A DNA stretch of 33,732 nt from IMG/VR virus record IMGVR_UViG_3300011338_000489, positions 1-33,732 of that record. One strand, written 5' to 3'. The position numbers and the translations under genes were made by a program. This stretch comes from a virus (Duplodnaviria > Caudoviricetes). The notes under the pieces were generated by a model, which made no database searches, was not told the origin of the DNA, and saw only the letters and a list, made by a program, of their open reading frames with translations. Below are positions 23,875 to 33,732 of this stretch, one piece after another. The stretch's first letter is position 1. Each line of letters starts with the position of its first letter.

Positions 23875-25071
23875 ATGGCAAATGCTACCTCAACCATAGA
23901 TATGGTAACGCGTGAAGCGTTGCGTATCGCTCACGAGAAAATTCAATTTATTGGAACTGTGGATCGTCAATATGATGATTCATTTGGTAAAACGGGCGCA
24001 AAAATTGGCTCTACTTTGCGTGTTCGTAAACCAAACCAATATACTCGTACAACTGGCTCTCGCGTTATGGACGTGCAAGACCAACAAGAGACAACAGCAA
24101 CAATCACGGTTGCGACACAAGATCACGTCGATATGCGTTTTAACTCTGCTGAGTTGGCATTGACAATTGACGAAATTAGCCGTCGGTACATTGAGCCTGC
24201 CGTATCTCAACTAATCTCTGGTATTGAAGCTGACTTTTTGGCGTTTGCAACAAAAGCGACTTATAACGTAGCTGGAACTGCTGGCACAGCCATTACTTCG
24301 CTTGCCACCCCCGGCGCAGCACGTGCAAAATTGAATCAAAACCTTGCGCCTAAGTCGGATCGCTACATTCAAATGGATTCCATTACAATGGGTAATCTTG
24401 TTAATGGTTCTTCGGCTTATTTTAATCCATCACGTGATATTAGCGAACAGTACCGCGAAGGCTTGGTTGCACGTACATCAATGGCAGATTATTACGAAAA
24501 TGAGCGCGTTTGGACTGCGCAAAATTCCGCAGATGTTGCGGGTGAGATTAACGGTGGTACATTAACAAGCGGCATTACATCACTAACAGTTGACGGTTTA
24601 ACAGTTGCGCCAACTGCTGGCATGGTGTTTACAATTGAAGGCACCTATGACGTTCACCCAGAAACAAAAGTTCCATATTCACACTTAAAACAGTTTGTAT
24701 GCTCTGCTGGTTGCACAACAACTAATCTTGTGTTTACGCCTGCAATTATTTACAGCACAACCGATGCACGTCAAAATTGTTCTGGCGCACCCACAGACAA
24801 TGATGACATCACATTTGTTGGTGCTGCATCTACAAACTACGTTCAGCCACTGATGTATCACAAAGAGGCATTTCAGTTTATTACTGCCGACCTGCCACTG
24901 ATGGCAAGTTCTGAAAAGTGCGTTCGCCGTGTGCAAGATGGCCTTTCAATGCGCGTATGGCAAGATTCAGATATTCGCAATGATGAATTGCTCATGCGTA
25001 TTGACATTTTGTACGGAATGGCTGCATTACGTCCTGAATGGGCTTGCCGAATGATCGGCGCAGCAGGCTAA
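23875..25071 (+). CDS. Major capsid protein (P22 gp5-like)
   Basis: RQYDDSF, KIGSTLRVRKP, YHKEAF and RIDILYG...LRPEWA motifs. Confidence 0.95.
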   Translation: MANATSTIDMVTREALRIAHEKIQFIGTVDRQYDDSFGKTGAKIGSTLRVRKPNQYTRTTGSRVMDVQDQQETTATITVATQDHVDMRFNSAELALTIDEISRRYIEPAVSQLISGIEADFLAFATKATYNVAGTAGTAITSLATPGAARAKLNQNLAPKSDRYIQMDSITMGNLVNGSSAYFNPSRDISEQYREGLVARTSMADYYENERVWTAQNSADVAGEINGGTLTSGITSLTVDGLTVAPTAGMVFTIEGTYDVHPETKVPYSHLKQFVCSAGCTTTNLVFTPAIIYSTTDARQNCSGAPTDNDDITFVGAASTNYVQPLMYHKEAFQFITADLPLMASSEKCVRRVQDGLSMRVWQDSDIRNDELLMRIDILYGMAALRPEWACRMIGAAG

Positions 25072-25080
25072 TATATAACC

Positions 25081-25102
25081 GCAACCGTTATTTGACGGTT
25101 GC
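25081..25102 (+). terminator. Hairpin after the coat gene (weak terminator or stabiliser)
   Basis: GCAACCGT/ACGGTTGC stem. Confidence 0.5.
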
Positions 25103-25126
25103 TAACTATTTTATAAAGGATTAAAA

Positions 25127-25618
25127 ATGGCTATTTCTACAGATTTGGAACGTTTGAGCTACGGCTCACCAGCAGGATGTATTGCAACTGGTCAGCATGT
25201 ACAAGTTATTCAATCAGTTGGCGCTACTCGCACTTTGTTGGCTGAAGAATCGGGTTCTTTGTGCTTGCTTGATTCTGCTAGCGGTGTTGTTTATACACTT
25301 CCAACGCCAGTAGAAGGTATGTATTTTGATTTTTCTGCTACTGTTGCGGTTACATCAAATGCGTACAAAGTTGTGACTGCTGGCGCATCTGACTACATTG
25401 TTGGTAACGTGCTAATCGGTGATACTGTAGTAGCGCAATCAGGCGATGTATTTGTCGCTGATGGCACTACTATTCGTGCAATTTCCGAAGATGGCGCAAC
25501 AAAAGGTGGTTTAGTTGGTGGACGTTATCGCTTGACCGCAATTTCTGGCTCAAAATGGCTAATTAATGGCGTTACGCATGGCACTGGCACACTTGCTACA
25601 CCATTTGCAACTAGCTAA
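25127..25618 (+). CDS. Putative capsid decoration/minor head protein
   Basis: Follows the coat gene with a strong RBS; beta-rich (YTLP..VEGMYFDF, TLATPFA). Confidence 0.6.
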   Translation: MAISTDLERLSYGSPAGCIATGQHVQVIQSVGATRTLLAEESGSLCLLDSASGVVYTLPTPVEGMYFDFSATVAVTSNAYKVVTAGASDYIVGNVLIGDTVVAQSGDVFVADGTTIRAISEDGATKGGLVGGRYRLTAISGSKWLINGVTHGTGTLATPFATS

Positions 25619-25624
25619 TTAAAT

Positions 25625-25667
25625 AAGTAGGGCTATGCTAAAGTTATGAATTAATATAGCCCTACTT
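25625..25667 (+). terminator. Hairpin/terminator after the decoration gene
   Basis: 12-bp inverted repeat AAGTAGGGCTAT/ATAGCCCTACTT. Confidence 0.55.
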
Positions 25668-25679
25668 TAAGGATTAAAA

Positions 25680-25874
25680 ATGATTATTTGGATGATTCAC
25701 CCAAACAATGGCAAACATCCTGCATTGCCTTTTGAGGTTGAAGAAATGAAAAAAAACGGCTGGTCAATTTACGAAAAACCTACAAAGCTAGTTGACGCAA
25801 ACAAGCAAGAAGAAGTTTTAATGCAAGAAGTGCAAAGTAGCGCAAAAAAACGCGGTAGACCATCTAAAGGTTGA
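25680..25874 (+). CDS. Small protein with a C-terminal KKRGRP (AT-hook-like) motif
   Basis: 64 aa, RBS AAGGA; such genes are common after P22-like coat genes. Confidence 0.7.
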   Translation: MIIWMIHPNNGKHPALPFEVEEMKKNGWSIYEKPTKLVDANKQEEVLMQEVQSSAKKRGRPSKG

Positions 25875-25876
25875 AT

Positions 25877-26512
25877 ATGGCAATAACCACCTACAATGAA
25901 TTAAAGGCAGAGGTTGCCAAGTGGCTACAAACTGATGCGCTAACCGACGAAATACCTAATTTTATACATTTTGCGGAAATTGAGTTAAATACAGAACTGC
26001 AAAATAGGGATATGCAAGTCGATGAACAATTGACGTTGTTAGCTGGATCATCAACTGTAGCAATACCAGCAAGATTTATTAATCCTATTTCATTAGAACT
26101 TGTAATTGCTGGTGAGGATAATACAGATCTAAAATATATTAGACCGCAAGATGTGGTTAAAAATGAAGCAATGGCAACACGTCCGGAATATTGGACAGTC
26201 AACGGCTCATATATAGAATTTCCAAACCCTTCAGACCAGACATATACATTAGCTTTTAGAATGTTAAAAGGCTATGATTTGGCAACAACATTAACCAATT
26301 CTTTACTGACAAAATATCCGTTATTATATTTATACGGCGCACTAACTCAAGGCGCAATATATGCTCGTGAAGATGGTAGAATTGAATTATTCAATGCGCA
26401 ATATAATAAAATTTTGTCAAAAGTAAAGCAGTCAGAAGGTAGAAACAATAGGCTAGTTACTTTGCGAACTGAATTTTCTAGCGCGACAAGTTCAAATATT
26501 ATAGCGGGGTAA
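25877..26512 (+). CDS. Head-tail adaptor protein
   Basis: AITTYNELK...IPNFIHFAE and TNSLLTKYPLLYLYGAL motifs; position in the module. Confidence 0.8.
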   Translation: MAITTYNELKAEVAKWLQTDALTDEIPNFIHFAEIELNTELQNRDMQVDEQLTLLAGSSTVAIPARFINPISLELVIAGEDNTDLKYIRPQDVVKNEAMATRPEYWTVNGSYIEFPNPSDQTYTLAFRMLKGYDLATTLTNSLLTKYPLLYLYGALTQGAIYAREDGRIELFNAQYNKILSKVKQSEGRNNRLVTLRTEFSSATSSNIIAG

Positions 26513-26514
26513 TA

Positions 26515-28551
26515 ATGGCTTTAGAATCTGGTACGTATATTGACGATCTGGTGGGGACTAATCCTGTCAGTGCAGATGATTTGGTTCGCTATGGTGCGGA
26601 TCATTTAAGATTACTTAAGAATACAATTAAAGCATCATTTGCTGGATTTACAGATGCAATATGTGTTACTGGTGTAGATGGTGGCTCTGCAAATGTATAT
26701 ACATTAACACCTGCTACGCCATTGCCATCATACGGATCGCGTATGATTATTGTTTTTTCTCCTGCGGTAGTTAATACCGGAGCTGTGACAATCAATGTTT
26801 CGGGTTTAGGCGCAAAATCTGTAAAAAGTGTATCAGGAGCTGCATTAGTTGCGGGTGATTTGGCTGTTAATGTAATTTATGTTGCTGTATATAACGGTAC
26901 AGATTTTCAATTAACCGCGCCAACAAAGAATTATATTGATCTGTTAGATTTAGCGCAAAAAGATTATATAGATCAAATTGTTTTTACATCTGAACTTCCA
27001 GCGCAAGGTGGTAATGCTAATAAGTACGTTCGCACTAATGGCACTGCGGCCTCTTGGCAATACGCAGGTATAGAGTTAGCGAATCCTGCTGGCGCAACAT
27101 TAACAAATGGAACCACTTACCAAGCATTTATTGCAAATGCAGCTTACACATTGCCAGATTTTACTAATTCAAAAACCTTTGGATTGGCAAGTTTATCAAA
27201 CTCTCCTGCCGTGCCGTCTACTGTTACTACATCTGATGGCTGGACAATTGCACCTGATTTAGCTGTTAATACGTTTAAAGCCATTTCACCACTATCAACA
27301 GCAACAGCTCACGGCGCATGGGGCAATATATTAATGACACCCGCTATTTATTGCGCAATAACTGCGGCTAGTGCGCCAACAATTTTAGGTGTTGCTGCAT
27401 TAAGTAGCACGTTAAACGTTATTTTATACGGTGTATCAAGCAATACAACAATGTATGTTGTTGCTGTTAATCCTACAACGGGCGCTTGCGGATCGCCACT
27501 TTCGTTAGGCACTACCACCGATGTGCAGCCGCATATTTTTGCGGATTCTGCTACTACGTTTGTAGTTGGGTTTAATAATGGCAGTGGCGCATCTGTAATA
27601 GCTGGCACCGTTTCAACATTATCTATAACAGTTGGTAGTGTAGTAAATGGTTCATATAGTTATTTTGATTTAATACAATTATCTCAAGGATTGTATCTTT
27701 ACACTTCAAGCAATGGTTATGTAGAAGCGTTTTCTGTTTCTGGAACAGTAGTTCAAAAAGGCAATAATTTAAATACAGGTACATCAAAAGCATTAATTGT
27801 TAAAATTAACGCTACGCAAGCATTAGCGGTAGGATGTACGACAACAAGTCCAGCGCAAATGCAAGCGGTAGTAATAACAGTTACTGGTAGCACTTCTGCC
27901 GCTGGAACTGTATATTCTGCTGCTACATCTGTAGTCCACAATGGTGGAGTAGTACCGAGATTTTTAAAAAGTTTATCAAACGGTTCTTATGTTGCGTGTT
28001 TTGAAAATCAATCCCCTACTACTACAGGCGATTATTACGCGATGACTGTATCTGGTACTGTTGTGACAATAGGAACTGTTTTGCAAATAGCGAATAGTTT
28101 ACCTAGTGCTGCATATCCGCTAACTTATATTTATCCTGCTGCAACAGATACATCACAGCGTGTCGTTGTATATAGTAGCAATCAGTTATTGGTTGGGTTA
28201 TCTGATGGTGCTATCGCCTTAAGCGTAACAGGAACAACAATAACCAATGGATCAAAATTTGGTACAGCATCAACAAAATTTGTTACTGATGCACAAACAG
28301 GATTAAATTTTTACGTAGTAACAAGTACCACAATTGATAAAATTACAGTGTCAACAACAACCATATCATCAAGTTATCAATTGGTTGCCTCACCTGTAAT
28401 AGTAGCGGCGGATACAATGAATGATAAGGCAGTAAGTTATTCTGGTACGTGGTACACATGGACGCTGCCAACTATGAGCCATGCGCTCACCTACAATAAA
28501 TGGTTAAGTGTAAATAGTTCTGACATTAGATTATATGGTGAAATATCATGA
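26515..28551 (+). CDS. Tail fiber/tailspike (receptor-binding protein)
   Basis: N-terminal anchor LESGTYIDDL..TNP...GADHLRLLKN, then NTGAVTINV and repetitive beta-rich ~50-aa units. Confidence 0.8.
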   Translation: MALESGTYIDDLVGTNPVSADDLVRYGADHLRLLKNTIKASFAGFTDAICVTGVDGGSANVYTLTPATPLPSYGSRMIIVFSPAVVNTGAVTINVSGLGAKSVKSVSGAALVAGDLAVNVIYVAVYNGTDFQLTAPTKNYIDLLDLAQKDYIDQIVFTSELPAQGGNANKYVRTNGTAASWQYAGIELANPAGATLTNGTTYQAFIANAAYTLPDFTNSKTFGLASLSNSPAVPSTVTTSDGWTIAPDLAVNTFKAISPLSTATAHGAWGNILMTPAIYCAITAASAPTILGVAALSSTLNVILYGVSSNTTMYVVAVNPTTGACGSPLSLGTTTDVQPHIFADSATTFVVGFNNGSGASVIAGTVSTLSITVGSVVNGSYSYFDLIQLSQGLYLYTSSNGYVEAFSVSGTVVQKGNNLNTGTSKALIVKINATQALAVGCTTTSPAQMQAVVITVTGSTSAAGTVYSAATSVVHNGGVVPRFLKSLSNGSYVACFENQSPTTTGDYYAMTVSGTVVTIGTVLQIANSLPSAAYPLTYIYPAATDTSQRVVVYSSNQLLVGLSDGAIALSVTGTTITNGSKFGTASTKFVTDAQTGLNFYVVTSTTIDKITVSTTTISSSYQLVASPVIVAADTMNDKAVSYSGTWYTWTLPTMSHALTYNKWLSVNSSDIRLYGEIS

Positions 28552-28820
28552 TTATTTATCCCATTGGGTATGAAAATCCTATCCCACAATCTGTTACTAG
28601 GTTACAGGCTAGATTGGCATTAATTAATGCTGCAAAGTGGGATTTAATTAAGCCGATTATTTTGGAAATGAGCGATCCCGATAAGTCAATTGCTTTGGCT
28701 TGGTTTGAGGATTCGATTTATTGGAGGCGTAATGATCCTTATGTTGTTTCAATATCGGCGTTAATTGGTTTAACATCTGATGATGTTGACAATCTATTCA
28801 TTGAGGCATCAAGTCTATAA
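28548..28820 (+). CDS. Tail-fiber associated/assembly protein
   Basis: PQSVTRLQARLAL...GLTSDDVDNLFIEA family, typically found after fibers. Confidence 0.7.
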   Translation: MIIYPIGYENPIPQSVTRLQARLALINAAKWDLIKPIILEMSDPDKSIALAWFEDSIYWRRNDPYVVSISALIGLTSDDVDNLFIEASSL

Positions 28821-30373
28821 TGCCATTAGTTAAATTTACAAATGTCGGAGCACTAGGGCAAAACCGTGATGCCGATGAAATTGATTTGGCATTAACGCCT
28901 GCATTTGAGTGGAGTGGCGGGAATAATGTAAGGTTTTCTGACGGGTACGCGGAGAAGTTTACAGGTGAATCCTCACACCACGGCGAGCCATCTGTAACAC
29001 CTTATGGCATATTTTTTTCAAATACTGCAAACCGTTATGAGGTTTATACAGGACTTCAAAAGATATATGCTACCACTGGATCAACCCACACCGACATTAC
29101 TAGATCATTAGGGAATTACACTGGAACTATAGATAATAAATGGACTGGTGCTGTTTTGTCTGGAACGTTAATTTTAAATAATGGCGTAGATGATCCGCAA
29201 TTTTGGGCGGGTGACATAGGAACGCCTTGCGCAAAATTAACTAATTGGCCTGCAAGTACAAAAGCTAAAGTGGTTCGGGTATTTGATAATTTTATTATTG
29301 CGTTAAATATTACAGAGGGAAGTACAAACTATCCTAGCATGGTTCGGTGGTCAACACCTGCCGATCCGGGTACTTTACCTGCATCATACGATTACACATC
29401 TACTACTAATGACGCTGGTCGCGTTGAAGGTGTTTTATCAAGTACGCCCGACAAAATAGTAGATGGATTGGCGCAAGACAATACTTTTTTTATTTATAAA
29501 GAAAGTAGCATTTATGCGATGCAATATATTGGCGGTAAGCAAATATTTAGGTTTTCAGGTGTTAGTAAAATAGCTGGCGCAATGGGAATTGATTGTGTTG
29601 CTTCTACTCCTGTTGGCCACGTAATCCTATCAGATGGTGACGTGTTAATTAATCAAAGTGGCAATATTCAATCAATCATTGATAAGCGAATGAGGCGATG
29701 GATATTCAACAACATTGATTCTGACAACAGGCAGAAAAGTTTTGTTGTTGCAAACCCATATAAAAATGAGGCGTGGATTTGTTATCCAGAAAATGGGAAG
29801 GTATGGCCTAATAAAGCAGTTGTCTGGAACTATAAAGACAATACTTTTGCTACGCGTGACATTCAAAATTTGACGCACGCCAATTCAGGAATTATTACCG
29901 CTGCCGATACTGATACATGGAATAGCAGAACTGATACATGGAATGATTCTGATGACATTTGGTCAGTCAATAACTATAGTCAAGCATCTACAAGATTAGT
30001 ATTATGCTCAAGCGATAAAAAGTTATTATTGGCTGATTTAACGCGTACATTTGACGGCGCGAGCATGACATCCTATATTGAAAGAACAGGGATTGACTTT
30101 GGTTATCCTGAATCAATTAAGTTGTGTAGCGCTGTACGCCCTCGATTTGATTCTATTGATGGAACTGTTATTCGGGTATATGTAGGAAAGCAAGCTAGTC
30201 TTGATAGTGGTATAACGTGGTCATCGCCAGTAAATTACACTGTAGGAACGTCCTTAAAATGCGATTTTAACGTATCGGGTAGATATTTAGCGGTAAAGTT
30301 TGAGTCAATTAATTCCGCACCTTGGCGATTAAAATCATTTGACCTTGACATAAAACAATTAGGAATGTATTAA
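28820..30373 (+). CDS. Tail nozzle/hub (P22 gp10-like DNA stabilization protein)
   Basis: 517-aa beta-propeller-like pattern (NNGVDDPQ, VRWS, EAWICYP, SGRYLAVKF). Confidence 0.8.
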   Translation: MPLVKFTNVGALGQNRDADEIDLALTPAFEWSGGNNVRFSDGYAEKFTGESSHHGEPSVTPYGIFFSNTANRYEVYTGLQKIYATTGSTHTDITRSLGNYTGTIDNKWTGAVLSGTLILNNGVDDPQFWAGDIGTPCAKLTNWPASTKAKVVRVFDNFIIALNITEGSTNYPSMVRWSTPADPGTLPASYDYTSTTNDAGRVEGVLSSTPDKIVDGLAQDNTFFIYKESSIYAMQYIGGKQIFRFSGVSKIAGAMGIDCVASTPVGHVILSDGDVLINQSGNIQSIIDKRMRRWIFNNIDSDNRQKSFVVANPYKNEAWICYPENGKVWPNKAVVWNYKDNTFATRDIQNLTHANSGIITAADTDTWNSRTDTWNDSDDIWSVNNYSQASTRLVLCSSDKKLLLADLTRTFDGASMTSYIERTGIDFGYPESIKLCSAVRPRFDSIDGTVIRVYVGKQASLDSGITWSSPVNYTVGTSLKCDFNVSGRYLAVKFESINSAPWRLKSFDLDIKQLGMY

Positions 30374-30621
30374 TGGCTTACATACCAGATATTTTGCCTT
30401 ATGACATTAAGTTATTTCCAAAATATTTAAACAATGAACTGTTAAAGATTGAGGAAAGCCTAATAAGTCAAAAAGATTTATTGAGCTTGTCTACAACAAA
30501 CGTAGCCCCTTCAAAAGTAGATGAGGGTGATATTCGATTTGCGGATGGTACAGATTGGAACCCGGGTGCTGGCGCAGGTATATATGCCTATCACTCTGGT
30601 ACTTGGAATAAACTAGGATAA
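30373..30621 (+). CDS. Small tail-associated protein
   Basis: YLNNELLKIE helix plus GDIRFADGTDWNPGAGAGIY; follows the nozzle gene. Confidence 0.65.
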   Translation: MAYIPDILPYDIKLFPKYLNNELLKIEESLISQKDLLSLSTTNVAPSKVDEGDIRFADGTDWNPGAGAGIYAYHSGTWNKLG

Positions 30622-30632
30622 GGATAAACAAA

Positions 30633-30965
30633 ATGATGGGATTACTTGATATGGCATCGCCAGAAAAGAAAATGCAGCAACCGCAGCAACAAAAAATGGG
30701 CGGTTTGCTTGATATGGGCAATATGGGCAGTATGAGTGGCCAAAATAACATGACACAAAATGAAGGCGATGAAAACGACAAAATGCTCAACGAAATGTTG
30801 CAGAATCCAACAGTTGAAACAGTGCAAAAAATAATTGAGCAAATTTCAGCAAATGGAAATCCTGAATCACAGCAAGTTATACCAATTCTTGAAAAATTAG
30901 AAACTCCAGAGCAAATTACGCAATTTGCTACCTTAGTAAAGCAAAAAAGAGCTATGAATGAATGA
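30633..30965 (+). CDS. Hypothetical Gln/Met-rich protein with a repeated GLLDM motif
   Basis: RBS AAGGA; 110 aa. Confidence 0.65.
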   Translation: MMGLLDMASPEKKMQQPQQQKMGGLLDMGNMGSMSGQNNMTQNEGDENDKMLNEMLQNPTVETVQKIIEQISANGNPESQQVIPILEKLETPEQITQFATLVKQKRAMNE

Positions 30966-31419
30966 CATTGCAATGCAAGGCGCTATTGTTGAAAAAGGGC
31001 AAGCTAACTTATTGCACAGAGAAAAAATAGAAGCCTTGCAAAAAGCCGTTTTAGAATTGCCGCAAGCAATGCCTGAATTAGAGCATTTTTTTGCACATAA
31101 AATATATGCAAGAAAAGGTATTATAAAAAAAGGCACAATTTTGGTTGGTGCTATAAAAAAATATTCACACATTAATATTATAGTTTATGGGGATAGTTCG
31201 GTATTTACTGAAGATGGAGAGGCAAGAATAAAAGGTCATACTGTTTTAGTATCTCAAGGTGGTACTAAGAGAGTTATATATGCACATGAAGATACTTTGT
31301 GGATTACCATTATTAGCGCAAATGAGACAGAACCAGAAAAAATAGAAGAAGAAGTTTTGTGTAAGACTTATGATGATTTTTTAGAATATTGTGGTAATCA
31401 GAAATTAATAGGGGAATAA
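30958..31419 (+). CDS. Cupin-like phage protein
   Basis: LEHFFAHKIYAR...GTILVG...GTKRVIYAHEDTLWIT family, found before ejection genes. Confidence 0.7.
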   Translation: MNDIAMQGAIVEKGQANLLHREKIEALQKAVLELPQAMPELEHFFAHKIYARKGIIKKGTILVGAIKKYSHINIIVYGDSSVFTEDGEARIKGHTVLVSQGGTKRVIYAHEDTLWITIISANETEPEKIEEEVLCKTYDDFLEYCGNQKLIGE

Positions 31420-31420
31420 T

Positions 31421-32962
31421 ATGTTTGGGATCACTGGCTCTATTGTTGCAACTATTGGCAGTGCGGTAATTGGCGGTGTTATGGCTAAAAGTGCTGCAAG
31501 CGATGCAGCCGACGCACAAAGAGAGGCGCAAGAAAGAAGTATTGCAGCGCAAAAAGAGGCTAATAAATTAGACCCACGCGTCCAACAATTAATATATGGC
31601 GATGCAAATGCGCCTGAGCCAAGATTAAGAGCTGGTGTTACGCCTATTTATAGTCAACCAGAGCCAGTAATAAAAACTAGGACTGCATATCGTCCATCAA
31701 CTACAACCGTGGATGATTTTGGCAATCCTGCGTTGACTCCTTATGAAGAACAATATACGGATGTAGGTCAAAGAAGGCTTATTAATCCCGCATCTGATTT
31801 TGAAACGCCGACACAAGACACCGGAATTATTGGAAGAATTGGAGGCTTGTTGGATGTGCAACAAAGCCCAGAAACTCAAAAATTTAATCAATCGGTTAAT
31901 GCTTATTTAGGTGGCAATGCGATTGCGGATATAGGGCAAATTAGAGGAACAGCATTAGGGTTGCAAACTGGTGACGTGCCAGTTAATACAATGCAGGCAA
32001 GAACAATTAATACACCATCACAATCTAATATAGATTTACAAAAAGCGTATCAAGATGTTATTTACGGGAATCCTGCCGAAAACCCTTACTTGACAGGTGC
32101 TTTACAGGGTGGGATTGATCAAAGTAGGCGAGCATTTAATCAGATGCAAGAAGATGCAATAAGGGGCATTACGGAAAACGTATTACCTACAATCCGTAGC
32201 GGTGCACAAGCGTCTGGTCAGTACGGTGGCAATCGTCAAGCATTGGCTGAAAGTGGCGCAATATCTGAGCTTTCTAGAGCAATGGCGAAGGCTGCTGAAA
32301 ATTATGGAAATCAAAACACGGCTGCTGTATTGGGAGCAAAAGCAAATGCGTTTGAGGCTGGTCAAGGTCGTGCATTTTCTGCTATGTCTGGACTTGGTGG
32401 CCAACAATATGCTACAGGCGTACAAAATGCGCAAATAGCACAAGAAGCGGCTAAAGCTAATCTTGAATCACAGAACAAATCGTTATCGCAAGGCTATGCT
32501 AATAAGGCACTAGGTGCAAATATGCAATCAGGATTGCTAGGTTCAATGTATGATTTGCAAAATAGAGCGCAAAATGCCGATATAAATAGGATTGGTAACG
32601 TTGTTAATTTTATTCAGCCCTTTACTAAAAGCCCGGGCATTTCAGTTCAGCCATATCAACCCGTGTATTCTAATGTTGCCGCTGGCGCTCAAGGTGGTGC
32701 TAGTGCTGGCCTTGGCTTATATAACGCGTTTAAGTCACCACAAATTGGAGCAAATAATACATGGCAACAATTTGAAAATGATACTGCAAACGTTGGCTCA
32801 TATAATACGTTTAATCAACCTTCAAGCAATGTTTTACCTAATGCAGCCAGTGCGCCATCAACATTGCCAAACTTTATGAACAATCCTTATTTAAACTCTA
32901 CTATGGGCAATACTTATGGGTTGCTAGGTAGCGGGTTCCCTAATCCTAAAGGAGATTTGTAA
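31421..32962 (+). CDS. DNA ejection/transfer protein (P22 gp7-like N-terminus)
   Basis: Hydrophobic Gly/Ala N-terminus (IVATIGSAVIGG...AASDAADAQ), NPYL and GQYGGNRQ. Confidence 0.75.
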   Translation: MFGITGSIVATIGSAVIGGVMAKSAASDAADAQREAQERSIAAQKEANKLDPRVQQLIYGDANAPEPRLRAGVTPIYSQPEPVIKTRTAYRPSTTTVDDFGNPALTPYEEQYTDVGQRRLINPASDFETPTQDTGIIGRIGGLLDVQQSPETQKFNQSVNAYLGGNAIADIGQIRGTALGLQTGDVPVNTMQARTINTPSQSNIDLQKAYQDVIYGNPAENPYLTGALQGGIDQSRRAFNQMQEDAIRGITENVLPTIRSGAQASGQYGGNRQALAESGAISELSRAMAKAAENYGNQNTAAVLGAKANAFEAGQGRAFSAMSGLGGQQYATGVQNAQIAQEAAKANLESQNKSLSQGYANKALGANMQSGLLGSMYDLQNRAQNADINRIGNVVNFIQPFTKSPGISVQPYQPVYSNVAAGAQGGASAGLGLYNAFKSPQIGANNTWQQFENDTANVGSYNTFNQPSSNVLPNAASAPSTLPNFMNNPYLNSTMGNTYGLLGSGFPNPKGDL

Positions 32963-32963
32963 A

Positions 32964-33732
32964 ATGGGATTATTAGATTTTAATTTTGAAGACCCTAGAA
33001 ACCTTGGTTTATTACGCGCTGGTGCTGGCATGATGGCGCAAGCTGGCGACACAAGCAAGCCCTTTGGTATGGGGCAAGCCATCGCGTATGGTATGGATAC
33101 TTACGCCAATACTCTTGAAGCTGACAAAAAACGCAAATTAGAAGAGCAATTAGCGCAACAAAAAATATTCGAAACTCAAGAAAATAATCTATATGCGCGT
33201 AATTTAAGGCAAGCGCAACAGGAAGAATTACAACAAAAAACAGCGGGTATGCTTGCAAAGCAAAATACTATTAAAGAATTGCAAGCTAAAGTTGCTCAAA
33301 ATCCTGACTATAAGCCTACAGCATCTGAACTGTTAGCGTTAGGCGAGACTGGTGTGTTTTTGCAAAAAAATAGATATTTTGAGCCAATGCTTGTTAAAAA
33401 TAAAGAGGGTAAATATGTTTTCGTCCAACCAAGCACAGGAGGCGAAACAAAAGAATTTGCCTATAACCCCGTTGGCAATTTTAAATATGTAAGAGGTGGT
33501 CCTGAAACGCCTGATATGCGCGTTAATTTGTTAACTAATGAAGCAGAGCCAGTAAGGTCAAATGAATCTTCAACATTTAAGGCTACTGGCAATGCTCCAC
33601 CATTACCACCATTGCCATCATTTGGTCAACCTGCTACACAGCCAACTGTAAGCGGTAAATCTGCATTTAATATTCCATTGCCATCTGGATTACCGCCAGA
33701 ATTGCAAAGTACGCAAACAATGCCAGAGCAGC
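32964..33732 (+). CDS. N-terminal part of a DNA ejection protein (continues across the junction to 786)
   Basis: RBS AAGGAG, then ATG at 32964 (MGLLDFNFEDPRNLGLLRAGAGMM...); the frame stays open to the window end. Confidence 0.8.
   Translation, partial: MGLLDFNFEDPRNLGLLRAGAGMMAQAGDTSKPFGMGQAIAYGMDTYANTLEADKKRKLEEQLAQQKIFETQENNLYARNLRQAQQEELQQKTAGMLAKQNTIKELQAKVAQNPDYKPTASELLALGETGVFLQKNRYFEPMLVKNKEGKYVFVQPSTGGETKEFAYNPVGNFKYVRGGPETPDMRVNLLTNEAEPVRSNESSTFKATGNAPPLPPLPSFGQPATQPTVSGKSAFNIPLPSGLPPELQSTQTMPEQ
33606..33732. repeat. Terminal direct repeat copy 2
   Basis: Identical to 1-127. Confidence 0.97.

Noticed and set aside
26515-28551. Diversity-generating retroelement or invertible fiber cassette
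   Set aside because: No reverse transcriptase or invertase gene and no TR/VR repeat pair or flanking inverted sites were seen.
33606-33732. 127-bp terminal repeat as a biological DTR
   Set aside because: It falls in the middle of a gene, and its length equals a common assembler k-mer (127). It is best explained as circular overlap of a headful-packaged, permuted genome.

Overview
The window is a complete, circularly assembled tailed-phage genome of 33,605 unique bp. Bases 1-127 are repeated exactly at 33606-33732, and the ORF opening at 32964 reads in frame through the junction into 1-786. The virion genes are those of a P22-like podovirus: TerS, TerL, portal, scaffold, coat, adaptor, nozzle, tail fiber/spike and three DNA-ejection proteins. 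They are followed by a lysis cassette with an M15 peptidase endolysin, holins, Rz, a nested Rz1 missing from the ORF track, and an HNH-type protein carrying a signal peptide. The early region is lambdoid in layout. The leftward operon has ERF, SSB and many small genes. The rightward operon has Cro-like, NinB-like, O-like initiator with internal iterons, P-like and NinG genes. I can find no CI repressor, integrase, partition or Q gene. The most notable unexplained signals are: (1) three perfect TGTGA-N6-TCACA (CRP-type) boxes plus phased half-sites directly upstream of the late/terminase operon; (2) an Sm/Lsm-like gene translationally coupled to a Ser/Arg-repeat peptide; (3) two multi-hairpin structured-RNA candidates in the early leaders; (4) a five-gene fiber/cupin block between portal and scaffold. 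All product calls come from motif recognition and synteny by eye; no database searches were run.
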